The notes under the pieces are model-generated. The model was not told the origin of the DNA, did no database searches, and saw only the letters and a list, made by a program, of their open reading frames with translations. A DNA stretch of 64,000 nucleotides from Marsupella aquatica. Its lineage: Eukaryota > Plantae > Marchantiophyta. The DNA lies in contig OZ316894.1 of NCBI GenBank assembly GCA_973895155.1, forward strand, positions 17,142,563-17,206,562, written 5' to 3'. The position numbers and the translations under genes were made by a program. The first letter of the stretch is position 1, and every line of letters starts with the position of its first letter. Shown in pieces: positions 51,720-63,381 of this stretch.

Positions 51720-54700
51720 CTAAACTTCATCCACATTATTAATCATTTTATCGATTGCCTTGTGAAAAGAGGTAACATCAGCCTGGCTACAGTCTTGGAG
51801 AATTTGTGATGCGTGCAAGGAATCCAAAATATCGTCCTCCTACACAGTGACCTCTTGTGGTACAGACCCCGGGATTACAAATTCACTTTGCGCCTTGCCC
51901 AATGGCCCACGAACTGTCAATTTTCTCCGACGTCTACTTGCATATATATGGGTCTCGTTGCACATCAGGTGGTTTCTGGTACTCCTGCAAATTCACATAT
52001 GAAAGCAATCAGCAAAGAAACACATCTTACCAATCAATCATGCCACCAAAGTCAATTACATAAGGTGTGCTCCCTACCGGTGCAGTCACCTCTCCTGATG
52101 GGATTGCAGACACATTTGGTGGAAGGGCAGTACCCTGAGTTTCAATAGTGTTGCCTCCCTCTGGTGCTGGTTGTGCATTGACATCCTGGACTTGTTTAGA
52201 TGAATCCTGCAATTGTAAGGCTGAAATCAGTATCAAGCGAATCATGTGTTTAGTCCCTATACAATATGGCCACATAGTACACAATGATTTGTACTTACCT
52301 TGGTTTTAGTTCTGGTCTTTCTTTTTGTTTGGGCAATTTTCTCTTCGGTGGGAGCAGTTGTTTGCTTCCTCTTTGAACGCCTAGGTTCACTTTTTTCTGT
52401 CTCCGGGGGTGCCGTTGCTTGCTCTCCTTCCTTTGGTCCCTGTCATTGCAAACTAAGGTGATTGCATGTTTAAATCAAATAAGTACACATAGAATACATT
52501 TTTACCACTGTCTACGCTGGAATGTTCCTCCTTGGCCTATTGAAAACACGCTTACCTCAGGCGCGGGCTTCTGTGGTTGTACAGATTTCTTGGTTCTCTT
52601 TGATTTCCTCTTAGATTGTTCGGGTGTAGGTCCTTCATGGGATTCAGGAACCTAAAATGCAGTACTTGGAGTACAGGCACATTCAAACAGTAAGTATACA
52701 TTAACATCATGGTATACAACATAAGATTGGTGTCCTACTCTTGAACTTGCAGTGTTGATAAAACAGGAAACGTTCTCCACACTATTTACACATGTTGCAA
52801 AGAACTTTCATCTGTAAACATTACCTGGTCAGCTTGCTGAGAATCTACGGGAAGGGTGGTGTTTCCGTTCGGTGGTGGCTCTACAGATTGTTCGGGTGTA
52901 GGTCCTTCATGGGATTCAGGATCCTAAAATGCAGTACTCGGGGTACAGGCACATTCAAACAGTGAGTATACATTAACATCATGGTATTCAACATAATGTC
53001 CTACTCTTGAACTTGCGTGTTGATAAAACAGGAAACGTTCTCCACACTATTTACACATGTTGCAAAGAACTTTCATCTGTAAACATTACCTGGTCAGCTT
53101 GCTGAGAATCTACGGGAAGGGTGGTGTTTCCGTTCGGTGGTGGCTCTACAGATTGTTCGGGTGTAGGTCCTTCATGGGATTCAGGATCCTAAAATGCAGT
53201 ACTCGGGGTACAGGCACATTCAAACAGTGAGTATACATTAACATCATGGTATTCAACATAATGTCCTACTCTTGAACTTGCAGTGTTGATAAAACAGGAA
53301 ACGTTCTCCACACTATTTACACATGTTGCAAAGAACTTTCATCTGTAAACATTACCTGGTCAGCTTGTTGAGAATCTACGGGAAGGGTGGTGTTTCCGTT
53401 CGGTGGTGGCTCTACAGATTGTTCGGGTGTAGGTCCTTCATGGGATTCAGGATCCTAAAATGCAGTACTCGGGGTACAAGCGCATTCAAACAGTGAGTAT
53501 ACATTAACATCATGGTATTCAACATAATGTCCTACTCTTGAACTTGCAGTGTTGATAAAACAGGAAACGTTCTCCACACTGTTTACACATGTTGCAAAGA
53601 ACTTTCATCTGTAAACGTTACCTGGTCAGCTTGCTGAGAATCTACGGGAAGGGTGGTGTTGCCGTTCGGTGGTGGCTCTACAAATTTCTTGGTTCTTTTT
53701 GTTTTCCGCTTTGATTGGTTGGCTTCGGCTCCTTTGTTGGGAGGAACCTGAAAAAGCAATACTCGGGCTAAGAGCACTAAACCATCGTGCATACACTCGT
53801 GCATACATTGATATCACGGTATACAAATGGGATAATTACATTGGAAGTGCAAATTTACCTCATCGGCTTCCTGAGTGTCAACAGGAGGCGTAATTTTCTG
53901 TGGAGGCTGCTTCTTGGGTTCGTTTGGCTTCCTGCGTGGCTTTCCTTTCTTCCCTGATTCTTTGGCTTGAGCTTCGTCATTCAAAGGAACTTGAAGTTTC
54001 GTAGACATTCCGGTCAATGTTGTCAAACTATGCAGATTCAGAAAAAATCATTGGCAGAAGGGGAAGAGGAACTATACCTCTGCTACGTCTTCTTCATCAG
54101 AGGACTCATGATAATCTAATCCCCACTTGTCAGGGGTGGGCTCGTACCCCTCCTCATCTGAGGTATCAACCCACACTTCGTGAACTCCAGCCTGCAATAT
54201 GAAAACTGGTGTAAACATTGTGCGCGAAGTATACACAACAATGCAAAGGCAAGTAAAATGATTGTGTTACGTACCGCTGCCTCTGCTTCTTCTTGTGACA
54301 TGCCATCACCTGTGTAATCTTTCACACAATTCCGACCGGCTGTGGCAATTGATAGATGCTTTTGCTCCTTTTTCCACTTCACATAGTCTGGATAGGCATG
54401 GTCAAAATTGATTTCTTTTGCTCCGACTTTCCACAACAGACTTTCCCTTTTCTTCCTCAAAAACTCCAAGGGGTCTGCAACAATGAGTTCTCTACTCTCC
54501 TCACCTGCTGAAGGTTGGACAGACTGGGCAGGGACATCTCTCAGCGGAAAAAGTACCTGTAATAGTCGACAATCAACCTGCAAAGCATGCAACTTTCGAT
54601 CCACAGGCAACTAAGCAGGCAATTGCTGCACATGCTCGGCCCAGTGATACACAGCATTGGTGATAGGAGCAGAGCTGACATGCTCCTGTAACATCTCAAA

Positions 54701-55207
54701 GAAACTATCGTCTACCAAGCAGCCCCAGCCACTCTTCTCCTTCGGACGAATGTGGTAGACCTTAATGAGACGAACAAGCACCGATTTCGATGGAACCGAT
54801 GGCTCCTTCTTCCCCAAAACTGAAACGCAATAGTCCACCTTCAGTTGATTCTTTTTGCGCTGCTTCGTCATTTGCCATCTTAGCTTGGCAGTCGACCGTA
54901 ATCGAATCCATGACGCACCTTCCATCTTCTTACCACTGTTGTTGCTGCATTTCTGTGGTTTCTTGGCGGGACGAGAGGTGTTGAGTTTTGAACTCAACCA
55001 AGGCAGGCCTGGCTCCAACAAATCAGCAGGGAGTTTTCGGCCATGCTTGGTGCTCAAGTGAGTCTGAAACGACTTGAACGAAGAGAAATCGCGAGGAGCA
55101 TGACCGGCGCATATACACTTGAATACGTGGTTCCCCTGCTTGCCTACACGGTATCGAAAATGCTGTCCCTCCTTTGCCAATGTTAGTTTCTTGGCATGGG
55201 GCACCAT
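51720..55207 (-). pseudogene. MULE accessory gene B: N-terminal C2H2-like zinc finger, globular region, acidic patch and repeated disordered exons; disabled by TAG at 54611 and ~51840 and one apparently mutated acceptor near 53992
   Basis: FKCICAGHAPRDFSSFKSFQTHLSTKH; GT-AG exons 55207-54275, 54191-54078 (DTSDEEG..SSDEED), 53747-53622, 53454-53356, 53188-53090, 52923-52825, 52651-52556, ~52439-52299, ~52206-52031, ~51984-51720; telo-box-like AAACCCT(A) motifs upstream at ~55561 and ~55608. Confidence 0.7.
52613..53681. repeat. Tandem array, ~265-bp unit x ~4; each unit is a 99-nt exon plus an intron of gene B
   Basis: Period 265-266 bp. On the - strand: ttttAG|GATCCTGAATCC...GCTGACCAG|GTaatg, encoding DPESHEGPTPEQSVEPPPNGNTTLPVDSQQADQ. 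Confidence 0.95.
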
Positions 55208-55918
55208 GACTACCTTGGTTGGGTTCAAAACCCAACCGACCTGCCCAACGTTCACTCCTTGATCTCCTTGAATCGCTCGACAGTCACTCCAATCACCCGA
55301 CAGGCAATCCCAAGTGATTTCACAATCCCCCTTCACCAGCACTAGCTCCCTGAATCGCTCTATACTCACTCACTCCCAATCGCGCGCAGTCCCCCATGAC
55401 CAGCTCCCTAAATCGATCGCTCCCAATCGCTCCCAATCGCGTGCAATCCCCCTTCACCAGCACATCAGGCCTTCGATCGATCGATTTGCGAGCTCCAATA
55501 GTGGAATCCCTCCCTAAAACAATCCTCCTCGCTCATCGGCCGCCATCTCTCTAAAATCCTAAACCCTCGCCAAAGATAAGGCATACGCGCAACTGATTGT
55601 GCACCCTAAACCCTAGCAATGAAGTAGCAAAGCAGGCGCAACCTAGACGTGTTACATGAAATAGAATTCAAAGTATACATACACCATGTAGTATTCTGTG
55701 TTGAATTCTCAACATACAAAAGAATGTTGCAACATGTTACATAACAGATAGATCAGAGAATACATAAACAATGTTGTATTCTATTCATAATGCAAGAGAA
55801 AATACCCATTACACAATACAGGTTTTCAAAATTATGCAACTGAAGGGCTCCCCCAATACTCATCTGAAATGCGAATTGTTCATTATTGAAGCTACGGAGA
55901 ATGCTAAATGACACTAAA

Positions 55919-56641
55919 TCATCTTACCAAACCACCAATCTCTTCAAGAAATAACAAGAATACAACAACCAAAACGTATTCTGCATGACACAACATCCCT
56001 ATCATTTGCCTTTTCGAGTCTTCGGCGGATTCGATGGTGGACAAGCAAAACTTTGAAATCATTGCTGCAGTCACCTCCAACTGCTGCATAAGGACATCAG
56101 CATCCACAAGATTGCTTCTGCTGATCACTTTCTCAACTCTTGTTCTCACAGGGGCACGACTAGGAGGGCATCGCCACATCTCAACAACAAGCTTATTCAC
56201 AACAGCAGAGTGTCGTCCTGCCTTAATCCACACTAGATAGTATGGGATCTGAGAAATTTGCTGGTGCATTGTTTCAAGTTGGCGAATGGTACCATACTCT
56301 GCAAATTCATCAGCAGTCATGTCCACAAGCTCTCGTGCAGCTTGAAAGATAGTGGCCTTGAATGGCCCAGTGTTCTCATATGCATCCACCATGCAAATAT
56401 TGAACCTATACAAATGACAATTGTTACCGTCTACCAGTGGGTCGTGCTTGCATTGCTCCGCTGCCTCAATGGACTTCCCACAAACCAAACCACCGCCAAT
56501 GCCATGCCTGTAACCTCTGCAAGTGAACTTTCTGGGCCATGGGAAATCAGAGTGAAAATTACAAACATATACCGGGATTGGCCCAATGATGCTGTCTGGC
56601 CGCTCCTTCATTGCAATTCGCACATCCTCAAGGGTCGACAT
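55919..56641 (-). CDS. MULE accessory gene C: RPA70 C-terminal (DBD-C)-like zinc-ribbon OB-fold protein
   Basis: From the ATG at 56641: FTCRG....CGKSI....CKH......CHLYRFNICMVDAYENTGPFKATIFQAARELVDMTADEF matches the Rep_fac-A_C pattern YxxC..C.K...C..C...Y.l...i.D.TG....t.F...A..l.g.tAdel. The 3' end may be spliced. Confidence 0.65.
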   Translation of the reverse strand: MSTLEDVRIAMKERPDSIIGPIPVYVCNFHSDFPWPRKFTCRGYRHGIGGGLVCGKSIEAAEQCKHDPLVDGNNCHLYRFNICMVDAYENTGPFKATIFQAARELVDMTADEFAEYGTIRQLETMHQQISQIPYYLVWIKAGRHSAVVNKLVVEMWRCPPSRAPVRTRVEKVISRSNLVDADVLMQQLEVTAAMISKFCLSTIESAEDSKRQMIGMLCHAEYVLVVVFLLFLEEIGGLVR

Positions 56642-57425
56642 AGCAGGAACACGAGCAAGAACACGAGCGGGAACAGCAGGAACAATAAGAACCAGCAACA
56701 CGAGCCGGAACCAGCAACACGAGAAAATGCGAGAAAATGTCGAGAAACAAACCAAATGACAACAAAACAGGTTCCGAAAGGGTTCCATAAAGGGCGGGCA
56801 CATTTGAATTTTGAAAATTATTCCTTTAAGATTTGTACACATTATGGACAATGTCTTCATAAAAGCAAGGAGGTTCGGGGAGGTACGGCTTGCCGGCTGT
56901 TGCAAGCTCCAATAAACTATTTCCTTTGTATCTTGAACACTAAAGTGACAATGTATTTTGAAATCCTGTGAGGCTGGGCACGAAGGCTCCAATGCCACCG
57001 CAAACTCGTTCAATTATTGTTTTGAATACAATAGTCATACTGTATTCACAAAAACTGCCATGGTGCTGAGCGGAGCTCGATTGCCACCAGGGCTACGACG
57101 CTTGTGGACTGCGACGTTATTGACGGCCGACTACACATGACCAACCACGGTTTCCACAGGGTACGCAGTGGACTCGAACTGCGTGGTAAGCTGTTTCATA
57201 AGAACATGCCTGTACGGAGTGGGCCCGGAGGTCCATTGGGAGAGAATCTAAACTTTGGGGTCCATTGGGAGGGAACTTTTGGTCCATTAAGAGAGAAAGT
57301 TGCATTTGGAGGTCCACTAAGTATATCTCTCTGGGTTGGGTGGTCCTGTCCCCCCATCTTACACATGGCCTCTATCTAATGTCAGCCTGGACCTGTGCGT
57401 AGCCTTTGCCCCAGTCTCCTCACAA

Positions 57426-57650
57426 TGGTCAAAGTCACATTAAGGGAGACTGAAGCCATCTGATTGTAAAATTGGGTGACTGTGATGACAGCCATTGGAT
57501 GTGAAGAAGCTAACCTGGGTTAGTTTTAACCCACAAACAAAAAGAGATGACATACTGATAAAAAATAAATTTCAGTGGCAAGGGATATATCATGCCAAAA
57601 AAGAGTGGCAATATAGTAAATCACATTAGTAAGAGATCACATTAGTGTGG
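57426..57650. repeat. Right arm of the older foldback element interrupted by the MULE
   Basis: Inverted match to 45718-45899 and direct match to 22130-22295. Confidence 0.75.
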
Positions 57651-57904
57651 AACAGACAAAATAGGGTCAACATACCTATATCTAGCAGTGTCCATTTAAT
57701 TGTTGAGAAGGTGTAGATGCTATCTTATTTAATTACTAAGATGGTGCAGGCCATATCTTACTAAAAACACGCTCAGCAAAACTACTTTTCAGGCCTATGA
57801 TCTAAAGTGAAACCTCTAGAATAAGGAAAAAAATTGAAAATGGGGGTGTACAAAAAAGGCATGGGGCCAAAGATGAAGATAATCAGGCTAGTATATATAG
57901 GCTA

Positions 57905-57905
<1 letters not shown>

Positions 57906-57941
<36 letters not shown>
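57906..57941. repeat. (TA)18 microsatellite
   Basis: Direct read of the sequence. Confidence 0.97.
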
Positions 57942-57942
<1 letters not shown>

Positions 57943-58358
57943 GCGCATTGCTTCGAGACTGGACTAAGTACTCTCCTCAGTTCAATGGGGGAATTCATCT
58001 GCAGACACTCAGGATTCCCCACACTCTAAAACGATGCCATACTAAAGCTGAGAAAACCTCCACAACACAAGGTGGACTAGGGACTAGGGACTAGTGAAAA
58101 AGATCGTGAGTTGAAGTCCTACCGGGGACATGGTGCATATCTTCCTTGTGTCCTATTGAAGTCTCGGTCCATCCTGACTATTCTCTCCCTTTTCGCTCGA
58201 GTCAAAAGGTCGGATGAGATTTCCATTCAATCTTTTATTAGCAAGTGAGGCCCATAAACCTCACAGTCTGCGATAAAATTCCACCAGAAGAAAATCCCAA
58301 TCTTACAGGAGATTAGAGTCAAGTTCAGTCTTGTTTGTATCAACTCTGCTTGAGAAGA

Positions 58359-61300
58359 ATGGAGCCAGAGGATGCGCCTTACTCAGTTCAGTTGCACCAG
58401 GCGGATGCTGTAGAGCTGGTGAAATCGGGCGCCATGCTTCTGATTCTAAACTTACCTCCCGGTACCACTTTTGGGCTCAACACGCAGGTAATGAATGCTC
58501 ATCTTTGGCCCTTGTAGTTCAAGTGTTGGCTTCTTCTTCCTCAAATTGCCATGGTTAAGGAGAAGGTTTTGTCCTTCACCATAAGTTTCGCGGCGTAATT
58601 AAGTGAACAATGACAATACATGTTGAGGGTTTAGGGTTTTAAACGATTTGCCCACGGTGGCCGGAGCCTGGGAGTTGTGCACTGCAACTACAGCTGTGTG
58701 AGGCTGGACATTTCCTTTACTACATACTCTAGTTTCCAGCCGAGCATTTCATGATGACCGATCGACCTTAACGTTTCAGCTCTAGGGATGTAAGGGATGT
58801 AGTAAAATCGGGGTACGGTTTAGTGCATGGTGTTGTTTGCAGTTCCTGAAATTTACAACTGAATTATCATTCCACATGGTGTAAACTACGGTAGGGATTG
58901 CCTTCTTATCGCTCGAGTTTGAACTGCGAAAGTGGCCCTAAGCCCTAGCAGGAAGCAAATCCATGTCGTCACCAAGGCAAATTTATTCTGGGAGGAATTG
59001 GAATCAATGTAAAACGAAAATCATTATTCATTTGCAACCTTTGTACGTAACTACTACGTTGGAATCTGGTAAAGAATTAGGCGCAATTCATCTAATACCT
59101 ATGAAATACACCTTGTACTGATAAAGTGCATCCCCCACAATACTGGGTGCAGATGTTTGTGGCTGGGCCCAATTTTAAGGGGGTGAAGATGCTGTTACCC
59201 GGTCCTCATTTTGTGTACTATAGCTCAAGAAGCAGGTTCGTCAAATGACGTTTTGCTGCCATTTTATGTACGGGATGAAATGAGATTTGGAATTGCAAGC
59301 GAGAGCAAAACTTGCCGCTTCTGTGGACCCAAATGGGCTGTGGGATTAAAAGAGAGACGATAGTTGTCGTTTGGTTTCTTAGAGGCTTCCAAGTGGTGGC
59401 TTTTTGGAAAATCTTGACACTGAATGGCTTCGTTTAGAGCTGCTGTTTTTCTAGGTCTTTGGATGACGCAACAGTCTGTCTCTTGTGGAACTATGTTATT
59501 CATACCTGCTTACCGGGGACAATGCAGTGAAAGAGATACTGAGAGCCTTTTGATATTTGTTGAACTTGGACAGGCACGGAGGCGATTCCTCTCCAGTGAC
59601 CGGGTTTTTCATACACGCCTCTCCCTCGCAGGTTTGTGACTAATCTATGCCCTTGATGGTGTTGACATCGGTACTTTCACTCACAATATAGATACTATTG
59701 GATGTGCATGCCGAGTCTTTGCGAGTGTACTAGCCAGCGAGTTTCTTAATAAAGGTTGGACTTGAACGCAGGTCATTGTGCGGGAATGGGACAAACAAGA
59801 AGAGCGCTTAGTGAAGCTCAAAGACGGCAGTGAGGTAACCTTTTTATTGTGGACATTAACCGAGTTCTTTCAAATTTGTTCCTCACCTCCCAACAAGGTC
59901 TAGCTGTTCCACGTTCTAGAGCAGTCGTGAGCTAAGTTTTATCAGTCGTTTATGCCTGGCCGTCAGCGATATGATGTACTTTCATGAAATTGGGTAGGGT
60001 TTAGATTCTCCCATATTTCTCTGCATCCCCTTCTTCTTGACGGTGCTAGCGCAGATGTTGCTTGCAGGAAGAAAGATACGAGTTGGCTGCCAGACGTATG
60101 GAGTTTGACCGACAATTAGCACCTTATAACTTGGATGCCCACAAGAATTGGCAGTTCCTATCCAGCTTCATCACTCCGAAAGTCATTGGCCGGATTGGTT
60201 TGTTTCTTCTCCACTCCAAGAGTCCCAGACGATTGATTCATATATTGTGCTTGATAGGTTCTCCAAAGTATGTACTGTTGTTTTTCTCTGCAGTGTTTTC
60301 ATTAATTTGCCTGAAGTGCATAGGCGTCATTGGTAGTTCTTGATTTGGGTGAAAGGGTGAGGGAAGTGTGGTAGTTTGACGCAGCGTGGGTCTAATGACA
60401 CTGAATATGATCATACAGAGCCTGTGGGGGGCGATATATCAGTCATGGCTGAAGCTGCTCTTGTGCATCAGGCCGCCAAGACTCCTGCCGAGAGGCGTAT
60501 GTTTGACCAAATTGCAAGAGGCAGGGAACAACTGCTTCCCAAGATTTCTTCATTGTCAGTGGATAATTATGATGATGATAAAGATAAAAATCGAGTGGAA
60601 GAGAGTGATAGTGCAGGATTGCCTGGAAACAAGACGGCCACCGGGAGATGTTTTTACACCCATGTTCCACATGTTGTTAAGCAAACAGGCATGACGGCAT
60701 CCGAGTTGACCGCTTTGAATATGGATAAAGTAAGTGATGGGGCAATTGGAAAGCTGAGACAATTGCATGTTCCAGACATTGAACTATTGACCATGATGAC
60801 TACGTCGAAGTTATCTTGTAATCTGTTTGATCCTAGTGCATGAGGCCATACTCCAGTAGGGAAAAAATGATTGAAGGATGCATTACGCACGCATGCAATG
60901 TTTAATTGGAAATTTGAGTTTTCAGATTGTGCTTTCAACATGGTTGATTAGGTTCGACTGGTACCGCAGGCATCGTAGTGTCAAGTTGTGGCAGTGGGGG
61001 CATTGGGCTCATGCTATGGTAGCTGGGTATAAGCTTGTTCGTTAATTGTGTGATGGTCTGCTCCGTCTGTCTTATGTTGCCTTTACAGATGGAAGCAAAT
61101 GTCGAGTTGTTTATGTTGTTAAGACCTGATTCCCAAACATGTCTGTAGACTCAACTTCTGGAACTCGTCATGGAAAAAGAATATGAAGGTGAAGAAGAAC
61201 TATTTCTTGGGGAGCTCCAATTCTGTTTCATAGCCTTCTTGGTGAGTTTCACTGGCATAGACCGCACCAAGTTTTGGTCATAGGGATTACTGACAAATGG

Positions 61301-63381
61301 TTTTAAGTGGATCAGATTCGTTAAGTATCTAGTTTTGTATGTATGGCCGGCAAATGTAGCATTTGCTGGATCCTGCAGCCAACGTTTTCATGGAATGCAA
61401 TCTGGAGGTATGTGCTTAGGAAGCTCTAATGGTTGCATGTTCGGTTTGGCTGGCAGATGGGTCAGTCACTTGAATCTTTTGGTCAGTGGAAGACAATTGT
61501 GAGTCTACTTCTCAGATGTGAAGAGGCGGTGCGTATTTGTTTATTCTTTGGATAAAGTCTCCCTTAATGAAAATTTTGTTGATTGTTAAAGCTTCAGATG
61601 AGAATTTGTAGCCGATTTTCGTTTCAGATGAGATTTTGATTTCGTTCAGATTAGGTTTTGAGTTGATTATTCTCTACCTAATTCAGCCCTCTTCTCCGCG
61701 AAACTCTCAAATTGAATTTCGCTGTCAATTTTTTGCAGTTCCAGATGCAATTATCTATCAGATGCATCTTTTGGCCGATTTGCAGACTTTCGAAACGTGA
61801 ATGATCAGTAGCATGGTGTGTCTTGTTGATAAGCTCAAAATGGGAGTGTCTTCGCGTGGGCAGTCCAACTTTGAAAGTCAAAAGAAATGTGAAACACAGA
61901 GTCTCTAATTTTTGCATTTTTTTCCCGAATATTTGTCGTGCAGCCACTAAAATCGAGGACAGTCTTATATGTCAAGGTATGGTGCTTTATTGTTTGTTCG
62001 CTGGATTGTATCTCTTGATAATGTCTACGTCAAATTTGAATAGTTTTTGCCCCATATTACTATTTCTAAGTAAAATCAGTATCTTATGAATTGTGTCCAA
62101 TACAGAACAGCAAACATGACGTATAGCTATTGTCTGAGCAATGGTCTTCCATTTTCGTGTCTTTTGCAGTTCTTTAGAATTATTTACTGGCAATTGAAGC
62201 AGAGTCTGCAGCTTGAGGACAAATCAAATAATCCAACTCCTGCTGCAAATGATCTACTTCTTGATGATGGTTGGCTGTTGGAAGACAATTTCTTAAGGCT
62301 GCTGTTCAAGGTTGGCTCTCATTTTGGTTTATTTTCATGTGTCGTACTTCTACTTGTTTAGGCTCGAATGCGGGCGATTTGCGTTGAGACCGAAAGATTT
62401 CTAATTTTTTAATATCACCAAAGGTTTAACAGTGGAGGCCACGTTATCCACGGATCAGAGGGGTGGAATTTCTCTGTTGTGGGTTACTTCCAAAAGTTGG
62501 GTGAAGGGGTCATCGATGGAGGGATAACCTCTTGCCTCCTGATAAATCTAGACGAGAAATTTATGGACGGAATAATTGTGGAAGTTAGTATACGGGTATT
62601 GGTTGTACTTGTTTTTGTTCTTGTGCATATGACTATCAACAGGAGACGAATGTTTATTTGACTAGATTTCCAAGTGGTCACCCACATTTTCGTCAAACGT
62701 TGCTTGATGCGTGCTATTTTCTATCATGAAAAACCTGACAAGTTTGCAACTTTGTGCTTTGTTGTGGGGTCTCGTGTGTATACGAAGACGTCTTGATTCC
62801 CTCTCAATGGTTGGTTTCTGCAGGAGTTTTTTTCTATGCTGAGGGATGCTTCCCCAGTTGACGGAGAACTTCTACAACAGGTAGAAGCCATTATCCCGTC
62901 CGTAAATTTTATTTCATAAACCTTACATGAACCTCACAAGCGATTAAAATTTCGTGAATCTGCATGTAAGGTTCATATTCTGCCAAATCTTCATATCTGA
63001 CAACAATTTTCTGTGTTCCCCAGGCAAACCGTTTAAGGAAATTGGTCGAGAAAACCCTGGGATGGATTTTTGATGTCGACGATGGCGGTAGTGAAGAAGA
63101 TGATGAGGTTTGTATTCTGTTTTTGAGATGAATTCTTAATTCCTTCATCCTGACAGCAAATTAATAATTACCCAAGCTAAGACTCATAGACCGAGGCTTC
63201 CGCCTATTGTCAAGATTATGCTCCTCCATCCATATAAAATCTTGTTTGAAACCTTTTTTAGCGAAATGCTTTGCATAGGACTTACCTTTTTCCTCGTATC
63301 GGCTCCTAAAATCTACTTTGTTCTGGATGGCAGTATGCTCCAGTTGTTGTAGACCAGGAAGACTTGATGAGGGGTAACTGA
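58359..63381 (+). CDS. AAR2: AAR2 (A1 cistron-splicing factor, U5 snRNP assembly); 13 exons: 58359-58487, 59153-59235, 59574-59631, 59772-59834, 60068-60197, 60419-60729, 61149-61241, 61457-61528, 61944-61976, 62170-62310, 62824-62880, 63024-63107, 63334-63381
   Basis: GAMLLILNLPPGTTFGLNTQ|MFVAGPNFKGVKMLLPGPHFVYYS; MEFDRQLAPY..W..LSSFIT; ELTALNMDK|TQLLE; LGELQFCFIAFL|MGQSLESFGQWK; EEDDE|YAPVVV. All introns GT-AG and phases consistent. Confidence 0.96.

Larger units (their letters stand above)
45932..57331. mobile_element. Mutator-like DNA transposon (TIR-MULE), 11.4 kb, three genes
   Basis: TIRs gagagatatacttagtggacctcca(g/a)atgcaactttctctcttaatggaccaaaagtt...tggacctccgggcccac at both ends; perfect 9-bp TSD tgggttggg (45923-45931 and 57332-57340); MULE transposase inside. 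Confidence 0.96.

Noticed and set aside
56258-56971. 237-aa + strand ORF
   Set aside because: Antisense shadow of the RPA-like ORF with no recognisable motifs.
56642-57013. N-terminal 124 aa of the 364-aa track ORF
   Set aside because: Starts at a non-ATG codon and reads like T-rich promoter/UTR sequence. The ATG at 56641 is the more plausible start.
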